From assembly GCA_050125095.1 (NCBI GenBank), contig JASFEA010000028.1, forward strand, positions 1-25,432: 25,432 nt of DNA. Direction: 5' to 3'. This document shows, piece by piece, positions 17,954 through 25,432 of this stretch (positions are counted from its first letter, which is position 1; every line of letters begins with the position of its first letter). This stretch comes from a bacterium. GTDB taxonomy: Bacteria; Arandabacterota; Arandabacteria; Arandabacterales; JALGWA01. The notes under the pieces were generated by a model, which did no database searches, had not been told where the DNA came from, and worked only from the letters and a program-made list of their open reading frames with translations. The translations under genes and the position numbers were made by a program.

Positions 17954-19615
17954 ATGGAGGACTTCTCAATCCTCATAGGCGGCAAGGCGGGAGACGGCAT
18001 TCGCCAGATCGGCGGTCTTGTTGCCGGCCTCCTCGGGAAACTTGGCTATCACGTCTTCTTCTGGGATGACTACCCATCCCTCATAAGAGGCGGCCACAAC
18101 TTCAGCCTCATAAGGGCCTGCCGCTGCATGATCCAGGCCAACACCAGCGATGTCGACCTTATCGTCGCCCTGAATGAAGACACCATCAAGAACCACAGTT
18201 GGCGCCTCAAGCCCAAGGGCAAGGTTGTATACGATGCCGACGCCTTCGAGGCCGAAGGCACAGGCATGAAGTTTACGAGCATCGTAAAAGACGCGGGCGG
18301 CAAGCCCATCATGCGCAACACGGCCGCCTTCGCCGTGATCGGCAGGATGCTGGGTCTCGAGTGGAGCGTCCTGGAGGAACTGGTAAATACCTCCTTTAAG
18401 AAGGAGACCGAGACCAACCTCGCCATTGCCAAGGCCGCATACGAGCAGGCCGGCGAGGCGACGCTTAATATCGAGACCGGCCCGGCCGAGCCGCTTCCCC
18501 TGATGACAGGCAATGAAGCCATCGCGCTCGGCGCCGTGGCCGCAGGCCTCGACCTCTATATCGCCTACCCCATGACGCCTTCTACGAGCATACTTCACTT
18601 CCTCGCTGCCCATGAGGAGGAGCTCGGGATTGTCACCTATCATCCCGAGAACGAGATTGCAGCGGCTGTGACCGCCATCGGCGGCGCCTACGCCGGCGCA
18701 AGGACCATGGTCGGCTCCGCAGGGGGCGGCTTCGCGCTAATGGCGGAGGCCGTGAGCCTTGCCGCCCAGAGTGAAGCGCCCGTGGTTTTCGTTGTAAGCC
18801 AGCGGCCGGGCCCGAGCACAGGCGTTCCCACATACACCACTCAGGGTGACCTCAACTTTGTCCTCTCGGCAGGTCACGGGGAGTTCCTGCGCTTTGTAGT
18901 AGCGCCCGGCGATGTCAACGAGGCCTATGAGCTCACCGGCCTTGCCATGAACATGGCATGGAAATACCAGATACCGGCGTTTGTGCTCACCGACAAGTGC
19001 CTGAGCGAAAGCACATACTGCTTCGAGACGGGAGATCCGGGATTCAAGGAAGTGAAGAATGAAAATGGCTCGCTATGGGACGGCAAGGGCGAGTACAAGC
19101 GGTATCTGGATACAGATAATGGCGTCTCGCCCCTCGCATTTCCGGGTAGAGCCGGAGCCATCGTCAAGGGCACGAGCTACGAGCACGACGAGGCCGGCAT
19201 CACCACCGAGCTCCCCGAAGCCATCGTGGCCATGCAGGATAAGCGCATGAAGAAGAGCTCTGGGCTCATAGAGGATGTCAACAACCCCGAAGCGGTTAAG
19301 ACCTACGGCAAGCCAGACTCGGACGTTGCCCTGCTCACCTGGGGCTCCACCAAGGGAGCGTGTGTGGAGGTTGCAGAGAACCTGGGGCTCAAGGTAGTCC
19401 AGCCCGTTATCCTGGAGCCCTTCCCGACAGAGGCGCTTGAGGCGGCTCTAAAGGGATCTAAGAAAGTGATTGGCGTCGAGGTCAACGTCACCGGCTGCCT
19501 GGCCGACCTGGCATCATGCCACGGAATCGAGGTTCATGAGAAGATCCTCAAATACGACGGGAGGCACTTCACCGTGGACGAGCTTCAGAAGAGGGTGGAG
19601 GGGGTGATGAAATGA
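17954..19615 (+). CDS. 2-oxoacid:ferredoxin oxidoreductase alpha subunit (fused gamma-alpha, KorA-like)
   Basis: GGKAGDG and YPSLIRGGHN (gamma); GNEAIA, YPMTP, ENEIAA, QRPGPSTG.PT...QGD, EHDE.G, WGST (alpha). Substrate not assignable. Confidence 0.95.
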   Translation: MEDFSILIGGKAGDGIRQIGGLVAGLLGKLGYHVFFWDDYPSLIRGGHNFSLIRACRCMIQANTSDVDLIVALNEDTIKNHSWRLKPKGKVVYDADAFEAEGTGMKFTSIVKDAGGKPIMRNTAAFAVIGRMLGLEWSVLEELVNTSFKKETETNLAIAKAAYEQAGEATLNIETGPAEPLPLMTGNEAIALGAVAAGLDLYIAYPMTPSTSILHFLAAHEEELGIVTYHPENEIAAAVTAIGGAYAGARTMVGSAGGGFALMAEAVSLAAQSEAPVVFVVSQRPGPSTGVPTYTTQGDLNFVLSAGHGEFLRFVVAPGDVNEAYELTGLAMNMAWKYQIPAFVLTDKCLSESTYCFETGDPGFKEVKNENGSLWDGKGEYKRYLDTDNGVSPLAFPGRAGAIVKGTSYEHDEAGITTELPEAIVAMQDKRMKKSSGLIEDVNNPEAVKTYGKPDSDVALLTWGSTKGACVEVAENLGLKVVQPVILEPFPTEALEAALKGSKKVIGVEVNVTGCLADLASCHGIEVHEKILKYDGRHFTVDELQKRVEGVMK

Positions 19616-20469
19616 GCGAGATCAACCTTAATACCTACGCCGAGAACACCTGGTGCAAGGGCTGCGGCAACTTCGGCATTCTCACTGCCGCACAGGGGGC
19701 CATAAAGAAACTCGTCGCCGAAGGCTACCCTCTCGAGAAAATCGCCATCGCCTCCGGCATCGGCTGCTCATCCAAGATAGTGGATTACATAAACGTCAAC
19801 TCCTTCTACTCCATTCACGGCAGAGTTCCGCCCACCGTTACGGGCATCAAGCTCGCCAACAAAGACCTCTCAGTCATCGGCTTTACAGGCGACGGTGACG
19901 GCTACGGCGAGGGTCTCGCGCATATCATCATGTCGGCCAAGCGCAACATCGACGTCACCATGGTGATTCACAATAACCGGGTCTACGGCCTCACCACGGG
20001 CCAGTTCACCCCCACGAGCCCGACAGGCTTTCCCGGGAAATCCACGCCACGCGGGAGCGTCGAGCACCCCTTGAATCCCTTGGAGCTCATGTTGGCGGCG
20101 GGCGCTACGTTTGTGGCGAGGGGATACTCGGTCAAAGCCGACCTTCTCGCCGACCTCATCGTCCAGGGCGTGAAACACAAGGGCTTCGCCTTCATCGATG
20201 TCCTTCAGCCCTGCTTCACTTTCTTCAACACCTTCAAATTCTATAACAACAAGGTGTATGAGCTCGAAGGACATGACCCCTCAAACCTCGAGGCGGCCCG
20301 TACGCGCGCCCGGGAGTGGAACTATGACATGGAAGCCGAGAAGATCCCCATCGGGCTCTTCTACAAGGTGGAGCGGCCATCATACGACGAGCAGGTCCTT
20401 AGGGGCCTAGTTCTCGCACAGGAGAGGGATAGGTCCGACATCCCGGCATTCATAAGGTCGCATATGTGA
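19612..20469 (+). CDS. 2-oxoacid:ferredoxin oxidoreductase beta subunit (TPP-binding, KorB-like)
   Basis: WCKGCGN, SGIGCS, HGR, GDGD, NNRVYGLTTGQ, QPC; ATGA overlap with the alpha gene. Confidence 0.95.
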   Translation: MSEINLNTYAENTWCKGCGNFGILTAAQGAIKKLVAEGYPLEKIAIASGIGCSSKIVDYINVNSFYSIHGRVPPTVTGIKLANKDLSVIGFTGDGDGYGEGLAHIIMSAKRNIDVTMVIHNNRVYGLTTGQFTPTSPTGFPGKSTPRGSVEHPLNPLELMLAAGATFVARGYSVKADLLADLIVQGVKHKGFAFIDVLQPCFTFFNTFKFYNNKVYELEGHDPSNLEAARTRAREWNYDMEAEKIPIGLFYKVERPSYDEQVLRGLVLAQERDRSDIPAFIRSHM

Positions 20470-20649
20470 CGCAGCGCCAAGCCGGACTGCGGCTCACGTC
20501 CCCTCTCATATGCTGTTTTCTTGCAGGCGTAGTTGTCTGTCAGATTCCAGCCTGGAACATTCCGAGGGAGATGAGCGTCCTTCCATATAGACGAATTAGT
20601 GCGGCGTTCCTCATTGTCTTACGTGCAGCGAGAACAGGGAGGGATCAGA

Positions 20650-22113
20650 ATGTATAGTCGGAGGAGTAATCTGCTTGTGATCAAGGGCCTGGCCTGTGCA
20701 GTTCTCGCGCTGGCGCTCCTCATGCCTTGTGAGGTTCGGGCATGTTCCACATTCAAGCTTCAGAAGGGGGGCGGGCTTGTCTACGGCCACAACCTCAATC
20801 AGGGGGACATAGGCGTACCCGGCATGATATTCATCAACAAGAGGGGCACATTCAAGCTGGGGACCACCTGGAGCCAACTCGCCACCAGGGAGCAGTCGAG
20901 ACCGTCCTCTCATTCATGGATTTCACGATATGGCTCGGTCACCTTCGATGCCATCGGCCGGGACCTGGCCGACGGGGGCATGAATGAGGTGGGTCTCTAC
21001 ATCTGGGAGATGAATGAGGACGGCGACTATATCAGGAATGACAGCCTGCCCAGGCTCTATGAACTCAACTGGATGCAGTACATCCTGGACAACTACTCCA
21101 CGGTGGACGAAGCCATACGCTGCGCCCATGAGATCGAGGTGGAGGGACCGGGAAAGCACTTCTTTGTCGGGGATGCCAGCGGGGACTGCGCCGCGGTGGC
21201 CTTCATCGACAGCCAGGTGGTCGTTAACCGGGGACATAATATGCCCGTCCCGGGGCTCTTCAACACGCCCTACGCCAGGGAGCTTGAGGTCTTGAAGTAC
21301 TACAAGGGCTTCGGGGGGCTCTATGAGCCCGACCTCGGGGACCTCCGGGTGCCCCGCTTCGTCAAGGCCGCCGTGATGGTAAGAGACTACGACCCCGCCC
21401 AGAACATAGTGGATTACGGCTTCGCCATGCTGGATTCGCTTACCGTATACGATGTGCCGGAGTGGTCCATCATATTCGATGTAAGAGACCGGCGAGTGTA
21501 CTTCAAGACCAGGTTGAACCCGGAGATAAAGACCTTCTCCATGAATGAGGTGGACTTCTCCAACAACGGGCCCGTCCTCATTCTCAATATGGACGTGGCC
21601 GAGGGTGGGGACGTCCTGGACCGGTTCCACCCGTACACCAACAAAGACATGCGGCATTTCATCGAGACATTCCTGCTCCCCATTATTCCCGAAGGCATGA
21701 TCGCCAAGGGGGGAATAACGGTAGATGAATATGTGGAGAGAACCGCCACTCACACCGATGCCGCCGCTCTGGCAGAAAACCAGTTTTTCGCAGGTGTGTG
21801 GAAGAACAAGCCCGAGGACCCGGAGAAGGAAATGACCATCACCGTGAGACTCGTCGCGAGAGGCGATGCTGTGACCGGCGGGATCTCATTCTCGGAGACG
21901 GCCGATGATTTCTACCCGCTGGACCACCTTCATATGATAGGAAACGACATCAGGTTCACCTTCGAGACGGGCGGCAAGAGAAACAAGTTCCTGGAAATCC
22001 ACGGGCATATCGATGGAGACGAGATGCAAGTCTCCCTTCTCGGCATGGAGGATTACTTCGGGGACGATTTGCTCGTGAGAGAGGGCGGGCGGCTGAGCGG
22101 GAGCGGGAAATAG
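20650..22113 (+). CDS. Secreted linear amide C-N hydrolase (choloylglycine hydrolase/penicillin V acylase-like Ntn hydrolase) with extra C-terminal domain
   Basis: Signal peptide ending VRA then CSTF (N-terminal Cys nucleophile); WISRYGSVTF, DGGMNEVGL, WMQYILDNYSTVDEA, WSIIFD. ATG 20650 follows GGGAGGG. Confidence 0.85.
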   Translation: MYSRRSNLLVIKGLACAVLALALLMPCEVRACSTFKLQKGGGLVYGHNLNQGDIGVPGMIFINKRGTFKLGTTWSQLATREQSRPSSHSWISRYGSVTFDAIGRDLADGGMNEVGLYIWEMNEDGDYIRNDSLPRLYELNWMQYILDNYSTVDEAIRCAHEIEVEGPGKHFFVGDASGDCAAVAFIDSQVVVNRGHNMPVPGLFNTPYARELEVLKYYKGFGGLYEPDLGDLRVPRFVKAAVMVRDYDPAQNIVDYGFAMLDSLTVYDVPEWSIIFDVRDRRVYFKTRLNPEIKTFSMNEVDFSNNGPVLILNMDVAEGGDVLDRFHPYTNKDMRHFIETFLLPIIPEGMIAKGGITVDEYVERTATHTDAAALAENQFFAGVWKNKPEDPEKEMTITVRLVARGDAVTGGISFSETADDFYPLDHLHMIGNDIRFTFETGGKRNKFLEIHGHIDGDEMQVSLLGMEDYFGDDLLVREGGRLSGSGK

Positions 22114-22132
22114 CCGGACGGGATCGGAGGCG

Positions 22133-22160
22133 GGGCTCCGGAAAAACCGGGGCAGTTCCA
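22133..22160 (-). mobile_element. Possible isolated IS3-family (IS51/IS6110-like) terminal inverted repeat remnant
   Basis: Minus strand TGGAACTGCCCCGGTTTTTCCGGAGCCC resembles the TGAACCGCCCCGG...CCGGAGAC ends I recall for the IS51 group. No transposase in the window. Confidence 0.4.
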
Positions 22161-22163
22161 CTA

Positions 22164-23003
22164 CTAGATTTCGTCTGCCGTGAGTGGCCTTGGCTGCTTT
22201 CCATCTATGTCTTTGAAACCATATGCTCGTGCAAGCGACGCTGCGACCAGGACCTGACCTGTCTTCTGCATCAGATCCGGATCAGAAGCCAGAGCGGCGA
22301 TAACCCGCCCGATGAACCGCGGCGATTCGGAATTGGATAGATCGAAGTATTCGGACGCCTTCATCACGCTTTCTGTACGAACTAACCCGGGATAGAGACT
22401 CACAACGGCCACATTGTGTTCACGCAACTCGTAAGCCATGCAGGATGCCATCCGGTCGTCTGCCGATTTGGCTACTCCATATACGACACCCTTGTCGTCG
22501 CGTTGCGCTGCAAAGAATGAGATGTTGACGATCAATCCGGATCCTTGCGCAATCATTAAGGGCGCAGCAAAGACACTGGCGATGTAATGTGCTCTCACGC
22601 CTGACTGAAACGACTTATCCCAGCGAGATAGAGGCGCAGACCAGAACCCTTCCTCTTTCCAAAACTCCGTACCATCATTGAAATGCTCATACCCGCCCCA
22701 GACATTATTGACCAGGACATCCAGACGTTTCTGCTCGTTTTGAATAGTCTCAAAAACGTGTCTCACTTCTTCGTCATTGTTATGGTCGCACCGAATCGCA
22801 GTGCATTTCCCACCCAGCGCAGCTACTTCTTCCGCAGTCTGATAAATTGTCCCCGGTAGTCTTGTGACCGCTTTGCCCTCTTCTGTCGTTCGGCCAGTTA
22901 TGTATACAGTGGCCCCGGCCTCGCCCAACCCAAGGGCAACGCCCTTGCCGATTCCCCGACTGGCTCCGGTCACGAGAGCTACCTTACCGGTTATATCTTT
23001 CAT
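22164..23003 (-). CDS. Classical SDR oxidoreductase (DHRS1-like)
   Basis: TGASRGIG, LVNN, NISF, catalytic YGVAK, PG.V.TE, ESPRFIGR. Start at ATG 23003 (GGAGCGAGG upstream). Lower GC (29/60 in 22681-22740). Confidence 0.92.
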   Translation of the reverse strand: MKDITGKVALVTGASRGIGKGVALGLGEAGATVYITGRTTEEGKAVTRLPGTIYQTAEEVAALGGKCTAIRCDHNNDEEVRHVFETIQNEQKRLDVLVNNVWGGYEHFNDGTEFWKEEGFWSAPLSRWDKSFQSGVRAHYIASVFAAPLMIAQGSGLIVNISFFAAQRDDKGVVYGVAKSADDRMASCMAYELREHNVAVVSLYPGLVRTESVMKASEYFDLSNSESPRFIGRVIAALASDPDLMQKTGQVLVAASLARAYGFKDIDGKQPRPLTADEI

Positions 23004-23357
23004 GGAGAAACCTCGCTCCGAGTATGATCGATTCCCCTTCAATTGACTACCGATTACTGTATCAGGCCGGGTGCTGGTTAGGCTGCCTCTTCTCCCGACG
23101 GCTGCTTGGGTTCTAACCTCGTTCTCTCGGTTGACATAGCTAAGAGACCTAGCACTGACGTGGCCAGGGCGCCTAGCCGGCGTGGTCGGCCGATATCCAA
23201 GCTCTTCATAGGCGTCCAGTATCTTGCCGGGAGTTCCATTCCGGGGTACACACAGTCGATAGAAACTTCTCGACTGCCGCCTCTGTGGGGAGCAGTCTTC
23301 GGTACAGAAGGTGCGGGTCCCGGTGGAGCTGGCCTCAGGGCTCCGATCCAGCCACTC

Positions 23358-24108
23358 GTTAGAAGGCGCATGCCAACTAGAAGTGGCGGCGGGAGAAATC
23401 ATCCTGCAACTGCTGAACCGTACACTTATCGCTCACGTGTACCAAAGAGAGCCCGGAGTCGACCCCACGTGATGCAGTTCGTGTGATATGTGGGAACTGA
23501 CGCGGATCCGCCGAATAGCTCAATGTTATCCATACCTTCGACATCGTCTGCCCCCCAAACTAGCTCAATGCGGATCCGCAGATTGGTTACGTTGTTAAGG
23601 AGGTCTTGCCAGGTACCTGAGATAAGGGTCCAGGAACTCTGATTGAGAGGCACAACAATCTGGTTCCATCCACTGACGCCTGATGGAGCACTTCCGATGA
23701 ATTGAGCATAGCCTCCCGGACCACTCAGCCGCACCTCATACGGCAAGATTTCTACAAGTTGATGGATGACAATGATCCTATGCTCAAAACAGAGAGTCCC
23801 GTCATCGGCTAGTGACGACCAGTCCCCCAAAAACGGGAGTGGGGCAGAGAGGAATCCGCCGTCGCCACCGATGTCGGAGAATCGGGCGTAGCCCCCGGGT
23901 CGCAGCTCGTCGCTGGCCCAGCGAAGGTCTCCCTCGGCCGGGCCGCCTTCCGCGTCAACGAGATGCCAGCCCTCAAGAGTGGACCCGTCGAAATGTGTGG
24001 ACGCAACCGGCTGAGCGAGGGATACCGCGGTCGCGGCAATAACGAATGCGACTGTCAGGAGCGAGCATCTGAGCATGGTGTACCTCCGTAGTATCTGAGC
24101 CTTCTAAC
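23358..24108 (-). mobile_element. Putative integron gene cassette carrying the laminin-B-like gene (attC apparently truncated)
   Basis: Minus strand starts GTTAGAAGGC (24108-24099), 22 nt before the ATG, and has GCCTTCTAAC (23367-23358) after the stop: a perfect 10-bp complementary R'/R'' pair. Confidence 0.6.
23426..24076 (-). CDS. Secreted protein with laminin B (domain IV)-like region and C-terminal TWGRLRALF motif
   Basis: Signal peptide ending SLA; STHFD...EGW, APLPFLGDWS...GTL.F, LLNNVTNLRIR, GMDNIEL; SD GGAGG. Domain call is from pattern recall. Confidence 0.7.
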   Translation of the reverse strand: MLRCSLLTVAFVIAATAVSLAQPVASTHFDGSTLEGWHLVDAEGGPAEGDLRWASDELRPGGYARFSDIGGDGGFLSAPLPFLGDWSSLADDGTLCFEHRIIVIHQLVEILPYEVRLSGPGGYAQFIGSAPSGVSGWNQIVVPLNQSSWTLISGTWQDLLNNVTNLRIRIELVWGADDVEGMDNIELFGGSASVPTYHTNCITWGRLRALFGTRER

Positions 24109-24151
24109 GGCCGGTGATCAACGGGTCCCCACGTGAATCGCCGTGTTAGCC
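24102..24151 (-). mobile_element. Degenerate/short attC-like recombination site
   Basis: Minus strand GGCTAAC...GTTAGAA with imperfect arms (plus CGGTGATCAACG 24112-24123 vs CGTGAATCGCCG 24132-24143) and bulged bases. At 50 bp it is shorter than typical attC. Confidence 0.5.
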
Positions 24152-24223
24152 GCCCTCAGTCAACATAATGAAGAATCTCTTATCTCCTCACTTCGTCTAT
24201 CTGACTACTGGTCATGACGATCC

Positions 24224-24242
24224 TTCTAACTAACCCTTGAAC
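24224..24242 (-). mobile_element. attI-like simple site
   Basis: Minus strand GTTCAAG-GGTTA-GTTAGAA is a degenerate L box, 5-nt spacer and R box, with no attC-type hairpin partner found. Confidence 0.4.
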
Positions 24243-24570
24243 TGCTGCCGTTTCCATTCAAACCCGCGTGCTCCGTTCTCAACGACTACAGCAGAATCAT
24301 GAGGTTGTCAAGGCGAATGGCCATATGATCAGCCTTAGGCCGTTGTGGCCCAGCGCCGGACGTCTAGCACGAGGTCGAAGTAGCCGGGTCCGTTAGAGAC
24401 TTGCCATTGTAGAATAATCGACAACGCCAGATTCAGATTGTCCCGCCCGACAGCAGAGTTTAGCCGCCTTGGCGGCTGGTGCCCGCCCCTGTGCCGCGGA
24501 CGCGCTTTGAGGTAGAGGTGCGCCTCTGAATATGGTAAGATATGGTCGGCATAGTTGGTGGAGCTAAGCA

Positions 24571-25389
24571 ATGAGACACTTGCCCCAATCTTTCTCGTGG
24601 ATAGCGGTTTTGCTCGTCTGTATTGTGCTTTCCTGTGGTCCGGAGGCCCAGAGGTGTACCGAGCCCGAGCTCGATGACCATCCTATCGCCTACATCTTCA
24701 GGGACTTCTTCTGCCCGTATCCGGCATGCAGCCAACTCGCGGCCGCTTACTGGTACTTCGAGTGCAGCGCGGGGAGCTGCAGGTACCTGGGCTCTTGGAT
24801 TCCGTCTGAGCATGGGGACCCGCCCGAATGGTCCGAAATCGTCAGGGAGGCCGAGCAGCGTTACGATGACTGGGATTGGGGTTGTGCAGATACCCTCTGG
24901 GCCCCATGCAGTGATCCTGGCAGCACTCCCCGGGAGGACGAGGAGGCAGAGGAAGCGAGTATATGGCTCTCCGGCAGTCTGGTCGCGCCGCAGGAAGCCT
25001 ATGACAGGGTGGTCCACGACCTGGTCGCCATCAGGTCCCGCTACGGGGACGGTATCCCCCGACTCCGGGACATCCACTTTGCGCCGTATCTTAACAGCAG
25101 CGCCATCTATGTCGAGCTGATGCCCGAGGCGGCCTTGCGCCTCAAGGAAGGCCGCTTCCATGACCTCGACTCATTGAACGCGCACTTCAATCTGAGTGAG
25201 ATTAAAACCTACGAGGGCGGCACATGCGGGCCCTCATTCTCGTACATCTTCCGCGGTCGGTATAACACCGAGAAGCTCAGCCAGATTTACAAGGACACGC
25301 CCTCGGTCATTTGGGCGGAATCGGGACTTGCTGACCTGCCTGGGCTCCCTCCGGATATACTGACGGTGATTCCCTGGCCGGTCGAATGA
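24571..25389 (+). CDS. Hypothetical Cys-rich putative lipoprotein
   Basis: 272-aa ORF with hydrophobic N-terminus ending VLSC (lipobox-like) and GGAG SD; no family recognised. Confidence 0.6.
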   Translation: MRHLPQSFSWIAVLLVCIVLSCGPEAQRCTEPELDDHPIAYIFRDFFCPYPACSQLAAAYWYFECSAGSCRYLGSWIPSEHGDPPEWSEIVREAEQRYDDWDWGCADTLWAPCSDPGSTPREDEEAEEASIWLSGSLVAPQEAYDRVVHDLVAIRSRYGDGIPRLRDIHFAPYLNSSAIYVELMPEAALRLKEGRFHDLDSLNAHFNLSEIKTYEGGTCGPSFSYIFRGRYNTEKLSQIYKDTPSVIWAESGLADLPGLPPDILTVIPWPVE

Positions 25390-25432
25390 GTCCAGGCCGC
25401 CCCCAATATTGAACTCACCGTGGGCGCTCGGC

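Noticed and set aside
23004-23402. 133-aa N-terminal extension of the SDR and the overlapping small ORFs
   Set aside because: Non-protein-like sequence crossing att-like sites; the SDR fold begins at ATG 23003. At most these are cassette remnants.
24462-24477. AGCCGCC-TT-GGCGGCT hairpin
   Set aside because: 2-nt loop, no flanking core sites and no clear terminator context; function unsupported.

Overview
GC-rich bacterial window (spot count 38/60 GC in clpB line 3001-3060). Two secreted peptidases have FlgD-Ig/T9SS-like C-terminal domains and one secreted protein has a TWGxxRxxF tail, which suggests an FCB-related candidate lineage (inference only). In order: partial M28 peptidase; rhomboid protease; clpB; TonB C-terminal-domain protein; Thr-type sulfatase-like enzyme (-); M14 carboxypeptidase; single-domain response regulator (-) divergent from an FHA-GAF histidine kinase; a four-gene cluster of archaeal-type HMG-CoA synthase, thiolase, DUF35 scaffold and a LiuC-like methylglutaconyl-CoA hydratase; AhpE-like peroxiredoxin; YtcJ-like amidohydrolase; 2-oxoacid:ferredoxin oxidoreductase alpha/beta; secreted Ntn hydrolase; a lower-GC region (about 22.1-24.4 kb) with an SDR and a secreted laminin-B-like gene; and a putative lipoprotein. 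Main highlights: (1) the archaeal thiolase/HMGS/DUF35 channeling trio in a bacterial context, coupled to LiuC rather than HMG-CoA reductase; (2) a decayed, integrase-less integron-like cassette array with attI-, attC- and promoter-like signals and a cassette bounded by perfectly complementary 10-bp core sites; (3) a candidate C-terminal sorting motif on the cassette protein; (4) recurrent degenerate 13-15-bp minisatellites just after stop codons. No rRNA, tRNA or CRISPR array was recognised.
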